64,000 nt of DNA from Terriglobia bacterium. GTDB taxonomy: Bacteria; Acidobacteriota; Terriglobia; JAJPHL01; JAPKYU01. The notes under the pieces were generated by a model. That model was not told the origin of the DNA, did not search any database, and was given only the letters and a program-made list of their open reading frames with translations. The position numbers and the translations under genes were made by a program. Positions 9,620 through 18,981 of this stretch are shown here, one piece after another (within the stretch, counting starts at the first letter, position 1; each line of letters opens with the position of its first letter). The DNA lies in contig CBDCVK010000010.1 of NCBI GenBank assembly GCA_965223005.1, forward strand, positions 1,344,001 through 1,408,000. The letters run 5' to 3'.

Positions 9620-10501
9620 TCACGTGAAGACGCCTTTCAGCCAGCCCCACAAGCCTTTCCGTGAAGCGTCTTTGAGCCGCACCACGACCACGGTGATATT
9701 GTCCGCGCCACCGTTGTCGTTGGCGATTTCCACCAGCCGGTCGCAGGCCTGCTTGGGAGTTTGGGCCTCGCCGATCACCTGGGCTATACCCGACTCGGTG
9801 ATCATTCGAGTGAGCCCGTCGGAACAGAGAAGCACCTGGTCCCCCGGCACAACGAACACCTCATCCAGATCCACGGTCACGTTTTCCTCGGTGCCCAAGG
9901 CGCGGATCAGGACATTCTGCATGTCGCTTTGTTCGGCTTCTTCCCTGGTCATCAGGCCGCGCCGCACTTGCTCCATGACCAGCGAGTGGTCCTCGGTCAG
10001 TTGCTGGAGTTGGCCGCCGCGCAACAGGTAAATGCGGCTGTCGCCCACGTGGGCGATGCTCAGAACCGGCCCCTGTAACAGGGCGGCGTCCACGGTGGCG
10101 CCCATCCCTCGCTGGCCGGCATGCTGCTGTGCCGCCTCCCAGATGACCCGATTGGAGCGGCGGAGCGAAGCGGCTAACTGGTTTGTGTCTTCGGAGAACT
10201 GCGGGTTGGGGTCGCCCGATAGCGGGGCGCTTCCGTTACGCGCCAACTCTTTCATGTGCCGGCTAATTTCTTCGACAGCAATCTTGCTGGCTAGCTCGCC
10301 CGCCGCCTCGCCGCCCATTCCATCGGAAAGCACGAACAGGCCGAGCTCGGGAACGATGCTGAAGTTATCTTCGTTGTTAGACCGGTGGCGGCCAATGTCG
10401 GTTCGCGCCCCCACGTCGAATTCGGCCGTTGAGGCGGAGAATGCCGCCCCTCCCGCTGCTTCGGCGGATGCCCCTTCGGACTTCACGATCCGTACTCGCA
10501 T
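9620..10501 (-). CDS. PP2C-family Ser/Thr phosphatase (Stp1-like)
   Basis: TDIGRHRSNNED, DGMGG, HVGDSR, LCSDGL, GGADNIT motifs. Confidence 0.93.
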   Translation of the reverse strand: MRVRIVKSEGASAEAAGGAAFSASTAEFDVGARTDIGRHRSNNEDNFSIVPELGLFVLSDGMGGEAAGELASKIAVEEISRHMKELARNGSAPLSGDPNPQFSEDTNQLAASLRRSNRVIWEAAQQHAGQRGMGATVDAALLQGPVLSIAHVGDSRIYLLRGGQLQQLTEDHSLVMEQVRRGLMTREEAEQSDMQNVLIRALGTEENVTVDLDEVFVVPGDQVLLCSDGLTRMITESGIAQVIGEAQTPKQACDRLVEIANDNGGADNITVVVVRLKDASRKGLWGWLKGVFT

Positions 10502-10620
10502 GTTTGCGCAGGGCGTGAGCCGACGCTTGTACTCACTCAGCTGGCGCCGAACGCGACTTCCAAACTTCCATCCGCCCAGGAGAACCGCGCGGAAAGGACG
10601 TTTCTGAGCGGAGCCGGGCG

Positions 10621-10650
10621 ATTGTAGCAAAAGCCCGCAAGCGCTTGCAA
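10621..10650 (-). promoter_or_regulatory. Sigma70-type promoter for the PP2C-FHA genes with an overlapping palindrome
   Basis: Minus strand TTGCAA-N18-TACAAT with extended TG; GCAAGCGCTTGC palindrome at 10637-10648. Confidence 0.5.
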
Positions 10651-10839
10651 CCTATCCCAATGCACGTAGGATCGCACCACTGGCCTGCCCCGGCAAGCCA
10701 TCGAGTCTCCACTGGCCGCCGGCAATAAAATCCGAACGCGCCAGACCCCAAACAAGCCGGCTCGCGCCGATTCAAGAAAAGTCTCTGGCCAACCTGCTGC
10801 TTCCAGTTCCTCGCAATGTTTGCGAGTTCCCGGCAACCG

Positions 10840-11295
10840 CTAGGAGCTGGGGGGATGGCGGGCTGTCGCCTGCAGGGCCTTTCCTACCACCTGCAGGGTT
10901 TCCGGGCGGAGGTGGTATTCGGCCAGCTCAGAGGGAGCGACCCAGCGGCACTCGCTAACGTCGGTGGCCGCCCGGGGATCTTGCGGTCCCGAGCGTTTCA
11001 CCCGGCACAGGTAGTCAATCAGCACGTAGTGGTAGCGGGTGCGGCCGGCCTCATCCTGCACGATGCGGTCGAGCACCTCCAACAGTTCCAGCGGTGTGAC
11101 CTCCAGCCCCGTTTCCTCTCGAAGTTCCCGCCGCAGAGCTTCCTCCAGCGTTTCGCCAACCTTGAGAGCGCCGCCGGGAATGGACCATTCGCCCAGCAGC
11201 GGCGCGCGACCCCGCCGGACCAATAGCACGCGACCCTGCTCAACCACCACCCCCCCCACGCCGACAATCGGCCGTTCCGGATACTCGCGGCTCAC
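10840..11295 (-). CDS. NUDIX hydrolase
   Basis: PGG..KVGETLEEALRRELREETGL Nudix box. Confidence 0.92.
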   Translation of the reverse strand: MSREYPERPIVGVGGVVVEQGRVLLVRRGRAPLLGEWSIPGGALKVGETLEEALRRELREETGLEVTPLELLEVLDRIVQDEAGRTRYHYVLIDYLCRVKRSGPQDPRAATDVSECRWVAPSELAEYHLRPETLQVVGKALQATARHPPSS

Positions 11296-11675
11296 GGCGA
11301 AGCGACCTCCCCGACTCGGCGCGAAACCACCTCCCAGGAGCAGTGGATTTCCTCACGCAGCGTGGCGACCGGCACACAAAGGGAGCGCGCGGGCAGTACG
11401 TGGTGGACCACCCGAATTGAATGACGCATGGTTTGACGTATGGTCTCGCAAACGCTCGCCCCCGGCCAGGCAAAAGAGGGAGTCCGGCGGCGAGCCGCAG
11501 GCGAACCCCATGTTATCCGCAAGCTAAGGTGCCGGGCAATCGCGCGGGCAGAAACTGGAATCAGAAAAAGACCCCTTGACCCGCCTCCCACGGGTCATAT
11601 ATTAGTCCGAGGGCCGGTTCGGCTGGGGCGCTTGCAACCGCTGGCCGGTCGTCGTCTTCTCCAACGGAGGTATCG

Positions 11676-11864
11676 ATGCCAAGTTGCCCTGACTGCGAAG
11701 CCAAGTTGGACGTGGAAGAGGACGAGGTTGAGCAAGGCGAGGTGATCAACTGCCCCGAGTGCGGAGTTGAACTGGAGGTGGTCAACACCAATCCCGTCGA
11801 GGTGGAGCAGATTGAGGAGGAAGAGGAGGAGGAAGAAGAAGAGGAAGAAGAGGACCAGTCGTGA
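11676..11864 (+). CDS. LysW-like zinc-ribbon acidic protein with poly-Glu tail
   Basis: CPDC...CPECGVELEVV pattern; GGAGG RBS; lacks the C-terminal EDWGE. Confidence 0.8.
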   Translation: MPSCPDCEAKLDVEEDEVEQGEVINCPECGVELEVVNTNPVEVEQIEEEEEEEEEEEEEDQS

Positions 11865-12106
11865 GACACGTAAAACGCATGTGGGAATCCGGCCCGGAAT
11901 CTGGCAAGGCGGACGCCAGTGGCGGATTCGCTGTACGCCTGCCGGCGGCCTCTGCCGTCTATGTCATCGACGCCACCGCGCCTGGGTTCACTCGCGACGC
12001 CAAGGAACTCTGCTCTGTCGCCGACGAGCGGCGGGACGTGGTGCTGCACATCATCACGCCAGGAGAAATAAACAGGCAGCCGGGCCAAAGGGGGATCGCA
12101 CCATGA
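11861..12106 (+). pseudogene. Probably N-terminally truncated carboxypeptidase-regulatory-like domain
   Basis: ADASGGFAVRLPA..YVIDATAPGF resembles the second half of the domain; no signal peptide or first strands; coupled to both neighbours. Confidence 0.45.
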
Positions 12107-12465
12107 AGCGGAAATTCTGGATGCCAGCGGCTCTTGTAATGCTGGCTCTCACGTTGGCGTCAGCGTTGCCGGCTCAAAAAAAGAAAAAAGGGGAGCGTAC
12201 TCGCTCCCTGCACGGGATTGTTGTCGACAAGAGTGACACGCCGCTGGAGAAGGCAGTCGTCTACTTGAAGAACACAAGAAACCTTCGCGTGCGCACCCAC
12301 ATCGCAGACAAAGAAGGTGCGTTTCGTTTTCACGGGCTGAGCTTTAACGTGGACTATCAGGTGTGGGCCCAGCACCAAGGGGTCTCCAGCCGCACCAGGA
12401 CCATCAGCTCCTTCAGCACACGCGCGGAGGTCCACATCACCCTCAAGATAGACCGCAAAGAATAG
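12103..12465 (+). CDS. Secreted carboxypeptidase-regulatory-like domain protein
   Basis: Signal peptide MKRKFWMPAALVMLALTLASALPA; RSLHGIVVD..AVVYLKN..G.FRFHGL..DY.V.A pattern. Confidence 0.82.
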   Translation: MKRKFWMPAALVMLALTLASALPAQKKKKGERTRSLHGIVVDKSDTPLEKAVVYLKNTRNLRVRTHIADKEGAFRFHGLSFNVDYQVWAQHQGVSSRTRTISSFSTRAEVHITLKIDRKE

Positions 12466-12524
12466 CCGCCGTAGGCCCGGAGTGGCCGGCCGTACGTGCT
12501 TCGGGGCTATGTTAGGCTGAACGT

Positions 12525-13418
12525 GTGCCCGACGCGGAGCCGTTGGCGTTGATCTACAACCCCGCCGCTGGGGGTCAGTTCCGTCTGCGCCCCCGCAAGG
12601 TGGAGGAAGTGGCTGCGGCGCTGCGGCGCTATGGCGGCGATCCCGAACTGTTTCCGAGTCGAGGGCCGCAGGACGGCTTCGTGCGTGGCGAAGAAGCAGG
12701 ACGTCGGTTCTCGACTGTGGCTGTCCTGGGCGGCGACGGCACGGTGAACGAAGTGCTCAACGGCGTGGTGGCGGCCGGCGGTACCGCGCGCCTGCTGGTG
12801 TTGCCGGGAGGCTCGGTCAATGTGCTGGCGCGCGACCTCCGCATCCCGCTGGACGCATGCCGGGCTGCGGCGCTGCTGCGCGAGGGTGCAGACCGCCGCC
12901 TGTACTTGGGCCGTGCCGGCAAGCGCTACTTCGCGCTGATGGCCGGCGCCGGCGTGGACGCCTCCATCGTCAGGCGTCTGGGCCGGAGCTGGTTGAAACG
13001 CCGGCTTGGGCGGGTGGCGTTTGCGCTGGAAGGGATCCGCCATAGCGTGGCCTACGACTTCCCCCGACTCACTGTTTCCTGCGACGGGAGAGAGTGGGGC
13101 GGCTACCTTGCCGTGGTGGGTAATTCGCCGGGCTACGCCGGCTGGTTCTCGGTGACGCCGGCGGCCGACCTCGGCCAGCCCGGCTTCCAGGTCGCTGTCT
13201 GTACCACTGCCCTCGCGCTGAAGTATTTTTACTTCGCTGGACTGGCTCTGGCCGGCAGCCTCCCCCGCAGCCGCGACTTTCTTTATTTCAATGCCACGAG
13301 CCTCCGAATTTCCTCCGATCGGCTGGCGTACGTTCAGGTGGACGGCGAGCCCCACGATCCGCTGCCGATGGAGTTCTCGAGCGACGGCACGTCGCTGCGC
13401 TTCCTGGTCCCCGCCTAG
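12525..13418 (+). CDS. Diacylglycerol kinase family lipid kinase
   Basis: IYNPAAG, GGDGTVNEV, LPGGSVNVLA, QVDGE motifs. Confidence 0.9.
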   Translation: MPDAEPLALIYNPAAGGQFRLRPRKVEEVAAALRRYGGDPELFPSRGPQDGFVRGEEAGRRFSTVAVLGGDGTVNEVLNGVVAAGGTARLLVLPGGSVNVLARDLRIPLDACRAAALLREGADRRLYLGRAGKRYFALMAGAGVDASIVRRLGRSWLKRRLGRVAFALEGIRHSVAYDFPRLTVSCDGREWGGYLAVVGNSPGYAGWFSVTPAADLGQPGFQVAVCTTALALKYFYFAGLALAGSLPRSRDFLYFNATSLRISSDRLAYVQVDGEPHDPLPMEFSSDGTSLRFLVPA

Positions 13419-13479
13419 CAAGCGCCCACTGCTGAAGCAAGCTTCTTGTACTCAGAGCCTTGGATCGACGCGAAGCAGG

Positions 13480-16407
13480 CTATTCGACGGGGATGGTGAC
13501 GGTGTTGCCGGGAACGCCGTCGATGATGATCTCCACGTCCTGCACACCCGCAGGGACGCCGAATGGCACCTGCACATTCACCTGGTAGAGCCCCACAAAT
13601 CCTGGGGCCAGGCCGGAGAAGCTCACCTGGGCAGGTAGGCCGGCAATGTTCACCAGCGGGGTACTTAGAGTTCGCGCCAGAGGCTCAGCACTGGGGGCAA
13701 CATCTCCGGATGGGACTTCGGGCTGTACCGAACCCAGCCCGGTGCAAAAGATAAGAAGGAACTCGCCGGGACGCGCCAAGTCGCTCTCGGTGACAGGCAG
13801 GAAAGTGTCTGCGTGAAGAATCGCGCCAGCACCTGTGCCTTGCTGGTTCAGCGTAAAGACGCCCGGTGATACGGCTGCCATCCCAATCGGCTGCGCCTCG
13901 CTCGTTTCACTACCGCGCTTCACCTGTACCGTGACCGAACCCGCTCCGGCCATTAGCTCGAACGGGACTTGCGCATTTATCTGCGTACCCGATACGAAAA
14001 ACAGCGGGGCAGCAATGTTGTTGAAGGTCACGCTGGTATCCCCCAGCGTGGTGGGGAGAGGTACAGCCGTTGCCACTTGAGTATCGCTCGCCAAGTCCGT
14101 GCCAAAGATGGCCACAATTGCACCCGGGGCAATGGCTCCATTGGGGTCCGTCGCCGCTCGGAAGCTGGCGCCGTTGACGACGGAGTTGGCCGGCAGATTT
14201 GGGGGCCCCTGTGGCTCGTCCGTGATCTTGGCGATGAAAGCGTCAAAGCTTCCGCCGCCGTAAGTCGACTGAAAGCTCGCTATAGGGAAGTCGGTCGAAT
14301 CCGTGGACCCCGTGACGTAGGCGTTGCCGGAGGCGTCTACGGCGATCCTGTTGCCAAAATCGCCGAAGCCGCCACTGCCGCCCAGGTAGGTGGAGTAAAC
14401 CAGAGCGTTGCCGGCGGCATTCAATTTCGTGACAAAGGCGTCGAAGTTGCCCGCGTTGGCAGCCTGGATGGGACTGGCCGTGGGGAAGTTGGTCGAATCC
14501 GTCTGGGCCGTCACGTAAGCGTTGCCAGCGGTGTCCACGGCGATGCCCACAATAGCAAACTCGTGGCCGCTGCCGCCGAGGTAGGTGGAGTAGACCAGGG
14601 CGGAGCCGGTGGCATTCAATTTCGTCACGAAGGCGTCGCCGGAGGCGACGCCACCGAGAGCCGGCTGGATGGGACTGGCCGTGGGGAAGTCGGTCGAACG
14701 GGTATCGCCGGCCACGTAGGCGTTTCCGGCGGAGTCCACGGCGATGGCCCCCCCTACGTCGGAGTCGCTGCCGCCCAGGTAGGTGGAGTAAACGAGAGCG
14801 TTGCCTGCGGCATTCAATTTCGTCACAAAGCCATCGCCGACGCCGGCGAAAGAGGCCTGGAACGGACTGGCTGTTGGGAAGTCGGTCGAACGCGTCTGGC
14901 CCGTCACGTAGACGTTGCCGGAGGCGTCTAGGGCGATGCCGCCGCGATTAGAGTCCCAGCCACTGCCGCCGAGGTAGGTGGAATAAACCAGAGCATTGCC
15001 AGCGGCGTTCAACTTCGTCACAAAGGCGTCGAATTCGCCGCCGCCGTAGGCGGGCTAGATTGGACTGGCCGTGGGGAAGTCGGTGGAACCGGTAAAGCCC
15101 GTCACGTAGGCGTTGCCGGAGGCGTCTACGGCGATGCCGCCCCCCAAGTCGTTGGCGCTTCCGCCCAGGTAGGTAGAGTAAACCAGGGCGCTACCGGCGG
15201 CATTCAATTTCGTCACAATGGCGTCGGTGAGGCCGCCGCCGTGGGCCGCCTGAATTGGACTGGCCGTGGGGAAGTCGGTCGAACCCGTCTGGCCCATCAC
15301 ATAGGCGTTGCCGGAGGCGTCTACGGCGATGCCAAGGCCGGAATCTTCTCCACTCCCGCCGAGGTAGGTGGAATAAACCAGGGCGTTGCCGGCAGCGTTC
15401 AATTTCGTCACAAAGGCGTCCCTTTCGCCGCCGAGAGCCGGCTGGACTGGACTGGCCGTGGGGAAGTCGGTCGAATCCGTCTGGCCCGTCACGTAAGCGT
15501 TGCCAGCGGTGTCCACGGCGATGCCCACGCCGCTGTCGGTGCCGATGCCGCCCAGATAGGTGGAGTAGCTCAGCACCGGATCAATGATGAGAGGCTGGCC
15601 AGCATCATACGCGGCCACCTGGAAGCCGACGTGGTGCCTGCCTTTGAGCACGTACGCCCCGGCGACTTGCTGCCGGACGCCGTCTACCTGCTGATAGACC
15701 AACGGTTTTTGCAAGCGGACTTGACCACCGTCGCTGTCGAGCACCAAGTCGCCTTGAGCATCTATTTCCAGTTTGTCCTCACCTTCGAAGGCGAGATGGA
15801 TGGCCTCAGGATTGGCCCAGGGAGCAACAACCAGGTCGTATTCCAGTTCTCTCTGATTGCCGTAGTAGACCAAGTCCACGCCGGGGTAGACGTCTTCGTA
15901 CTGCACCTTGGCGTATTGTGGGACATTGGTGCGCCACTTGGAGGGGTCGTTACCAAGGAAGTAGTTGCTCTTCCCTGGCAACTCCTCCAACCCTGACACC
16001 TGAGGCGATGGGTTGGCGCCAACCAGCTTCATGCGCAGCACCGCTTCCTCCGTGTCCGGGTTGCTCTCGACCTTGCTAACCTCAGCCGCAGCGCCAACCT
16101 CAGACGCAGCTGGTTTGCGCAAAGCAAGCACGGCCTCAGTAGGGGTCAAAAACAGCGTGTAGCCGCTGCCCCGCGACAGGAAGTCCACACGGTTGTCGGT
16201 CTGGCCATGATTAGCTTCAAAGCTCAGCGGCAGCTTGCCGTAGTTCTCCACAACCTGAGGCTTGTTGGCCGTGGGAGTTTTTGCTGGGAAGTATGGCTTG
16301 TAGGCGAGTCCAGGGTCGGAACCCAGTTCCACCACCGCGCTGGCTAGCAGCCCGAGCGCTAGCAGCGCCATTCCCGGTCCCACGCTACGAATCAAGGACC
16401 TGTGCAT
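13480..16407 (-). pseudogene. SBBP-repeat beta-propeller surface protein with C-terminal TIGR03437-type domain, interrupted by in-frame TAG
   Basis: ORFs 15055-16407 and 13480-15021 are in one frame separated by TAG at 15055-15057. Signal peptide, LPLSFEAN, 7 YSTYLGG repeats, C-terminal VVNGASF..IAPG..GLAPGFVGLYQVNVQVP. Confidence 0.85.
14230..15575 (-). repeat. Seven intragenic repeats of about 195 bp (SBBP blades)
   Basis: The YSTYLGG-coding sequence recurs near 14384, 14580, 14778, 14973, 15168, 15363 and 15555. Confidence 0.85.
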
Positions 16408-16502
16408 CGCTGCCCTCTTGGAAATCGATTGAGCTAAGGCTACAGCCTGCCGGGTCGCATGTCTACTTCTCCCGGGGAATTCAAGTGTTTTTCAGGAACC
16501 CA

Positions 16503-17972
16503 TCAGGAAAGGGTGAAGCCGCCGGAGTGCTCGAAGGCATGGGCGGCTCGCAGCATGGCCGTCTCGTTGAAGTGCCGCGCCAGAATCTGCATGCCGACCG
16601 GCAGCCGCCCGCGTGTGAAACCGCACGGGACGTTGATACCCGGAATGCCGGCAAGGCTGGCGGTAATGGTGTAGATGTCGGACAGGTACATCTTCAGCGG
16701 ATCGTTAATCTTTTCGCCCAGGCGAAACGCCGGAGTGGGCGCGGTGGGGGTGACAATCACGTCCACCTCACGGAACGCCTCAGTGAAGTCGCGGGCCACC
16801 AGCGCCCGCGCCTTTTGCGCTTTCCGGTAATAGGCGTCGTAGTAGCCGGCACTGAGCGCGTAGGTGCCGAGCATGATGCGCCGCTTCACTTCCGTCCCAA
16901 ACCCCGCGCCGCGCGTGCCCCGGTAGGAGTCCACCAGCGAGCCGGAGGCGCTGCCGGGGGAGCGGAACCCGTAGCGCACGCCGTCGTAGCGGGCCAGGTT
17001 GGAGCTGGCCTCGGCCGTGCAGATGATGTAGTAGGAGGCGATGGCGTAGTCGGTGTGGGGCAGGTGAATGTCCCGTATTTCAGCGCCCAGCCCTCGCATG
17101 CGCTCGATGCCCTGCTGGAGCCGTTCCCCTACCTCGGCATCCAGGCCCGCGGCGAAATACTCACGCGGCACTCCGACACGAAAGCCGCGCAGGTCAGATG
17201 CTTCGGGGCGCTCCAGCTCGGCCAGGTAGTCCGGCACGGCCACATCGGCCGAGGTGGAATCCTGTGGATCGCGTCCCGCCATCACACCCAGCACGGCGGC
17301 AGCGTCCTTGACGGTCTTCCCGAACGGGCCGATATGGTCGAGCGAGGAGGCAAACGCCACCAGGCCGTAGCGCGAGACGCGCCCGTAAGTGCCCATGAGT
17401 CCCACGACGCCGCAAAAAGAGGCTGGCTGGCGGATGGAGCCGCCCGTGTCTGAGCCTAGCGCCACCACACAGGTGTCGGCGGCGACCGCGGCCGCCGAGC
17501 CACCGCTGGAGCCGCCCGGCACCCGCTCCAGGTCGTGCGGATTGCGGACCGGATAGAAGGCGGAGTTTTCGCTGGAGGAGCCCATGGCAAACTCGTCGCA
17601 ATTCGTCTTGCCGATGATTACCGCCCCGGCCAGTTCCAACCGCTCGACCGCCGTCGCATCGTAAGGGGGAATGTAGTCGGCCAGCATTCGCGAGGCACAG
17701 GTGCTGCGCAGGCCGCGAGTGACGATGACGTCCTTCACCGCCACGGGTACTCCGGCCAGCGGCGGCAGGGTCTCGCCGCGTGCCAGCAGCGCGTCCACCC
17801 GGCGCGCCTGTTCCAGCGCTCGCTCCGGCGAGAAGCTGAGATACGCCCCGTTCTTTTGGTTTTCCTGCTGTGCGTGGGCCAGGGCCTGCGCGGCTAGCGC
17901 GACAGCCGTGGTTCCGCCTTCGCGCAGCGCGCTGCGAACCCCGGTCAGGGTCAGCCCCTTTAGCTCCACCAC
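16503..17972 (-). CDS. gatA: Asp/Glu-tRNA amidotransferase subunit A
   Basis: Amidase signature GGSSGGSAAAVA, GSDTGGSIRQPAS, SSNLARYDGVRYG. Confidence 0.96.
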   Translation of the reverse strand: MVELKGLTLTGVRSALREGGTTAVALAAQALAHAQQENQKNGAYLSFSPERALEQARRVDALLARGETLPPLAGVPVAVKDVIVTRGLRSTCASRMLADYIPPYDATAVERLELAGAVIIGKTNCDEFAMGSSSENSAFYPVRNPHDLERVPGGSSGGSAAAVAADTCVVALGSDTGGSIRQPASFCGVVGLMGTYGRVSRYGLVAFASSLDHIGPFGKTVKDAAAVLGVMAGRDPQDSTSADVAVPDYLAELERPEASDLRGFRVGVPREYFAAGLDAEVGERLQQGIERMRGLGAEIRDIHLPHTDYAIASYYIICTAEASSNLARYDGVRYGFRSPGSASGSLVDSYRGTRGAGFGTEVKRRIMLGTYALSAGYYDAYYRKAQKARALVARDFTEAFREVDVIVTPTAPTPAFRLGEKINDPLKMYLSDIYTITASLAGIPGINVPCGFTRGRLPVGMQILARHFNETAMLRAAHAFEHSGGFTLS

Positions 17973-18281
17973 TTATCTCTCGATCACCTTGGGGACTTTG
18001 AAGTGGCCGGCGCCATGCTCGGGCGCGTTGGCCAGTGCCGTTTCGGGGGAAAATCCTGGGCGGTCGGCGTCCTGGCGCAGAGTCGCCTCTGGTTGCTGGT
18101 CGGCAGCTTCGTGCAGTACCTGGGCCATGGGCTCAACCGCCGAGGTGTCCAACTCGTTGAGCTTCTCCATGGACTCCAGGATGGCGTTTAGTTGCGGGAC
18201 GAACTCGGCGATTTCCTCGGGGCTCAGCTCGAGGTTGGCCAGCTGGGCCACATAGAGGACGTCCTTCTCGCTGATTTTCAC
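17973..18281 (-). CDS. gatC: Asp/Glu-tRNA amidotransferase subunit C
   Basis: KISEKDVLYVAQLANL...ANAP....FKVPKVI; GTG start at 18281; adjacent to gatA. Confidence 0.92.
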   Translation of the reverse strand: MKISEKDVLYVAQLANLELSPEEIAEFVPQLNAILESMEKLNELDTSAVEPMAQVLHEAADQQPEATLRQDADRPGFSPETALANAPEHGAGHFKVPKVIER

Positions 18282-18285
18282 CTTC

Positions 18286-18369
18286 TTACCTGGTAGGTCA
18301 CGCTGTGGGTCACCCGTTGGGTTACCTGGTGGGCCATTCGTTGGGTCACCGGCCGGGTCACCCGCTGGC
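18286..18369. repeat. Seven degenerate tandem 12-bp repeats (CCA.C.GGTGAC on minus strand)
   Basis: ccagcgggtgac ccggccggtgac ccaacgaatggc ccaccaggtaac ccaacgggtgac ccacagcgtgac ctaccaggtaag. Confidence 0.75.
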
Positions 18370-18372
18370 CGC

Positions 18373-18825
18373 TCATCCTTCCCGCAGCATTTTCTGCGAA
18401 GCCCGGAGAAACAGCGCGCGCAATTCCGGATCGGCGATCGCGCGAGCTGAATCCTCCAGTTGGGCGTCCCGAGCGGGCGCCTCCTCCCGCGCCGGGCCTT
18501 TGCGAGGTGGTGGCTGAGCGGAACTGGCTGGGGTTGCCAGGCTCGCATCCACGCGAAGATCTATTCCCGTCACCAGGCGCTGCCCCAGCAGCCGGTTGAC
18601 GCGAGCCAGCAGTTGTCTCTCCAGTCGCCGCAGTTGCCTCTGCCAGGCGCGGTCCGGCACGTGCACGATCAGAGTTTCCCGGTAGAGTTGAAACACCTGG
18701 GAGCGCGCGGCGATCTGGCGGCCCACCAGGTGCGGCCATACCGACCGCACGATCTCTTCCACCGGCAGGTGCTTCTGCGGCTGCTTGCGCAGCAAATGAG
18801 GCAACAGCGTGTGCAGCGGTCTCAT
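18373..18825 (-). CDS. DUF721 / DciA-family protein
   Basis: W.HLVG.QIA.RS...TLIVHV.D.AW.RQL pattern. Confidence 0.78.
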   Translation of the reverse strand: MRPLHTLLPHLLRKQPQKHLPVEEIVRSVWPHLVGRQIAARSQVFQLYRETLIVHVPDRAWQRQLRRLERQLLARVNRLLGQRLVTGIDLRVDASLATPASSAQPPPRKGPAREEAPARDAQLEDSARAIADPELRALFLRASQKMLREG

Positions 18826-18981
18826 GGCTCTACGCTAATTGCTGCGGCCACCGGGTTTGCTGCCGACGACCCAGGTTCGCCATCTCCGGATCATCCGGCA
18901 CCTCAAAGGTTCCCTTCCCCGTCACTCGAAGGTTTCCTTCCGCATCGTGTGCTAAGTTTACTTAGGAAGGTGCATTCTACC

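Noticed and set aside
14230-15575. Diversity-generating retroelement
   Set aside because: Variation is not evidently adenine-specific and there is no RT or non-coding template repeat in the window.
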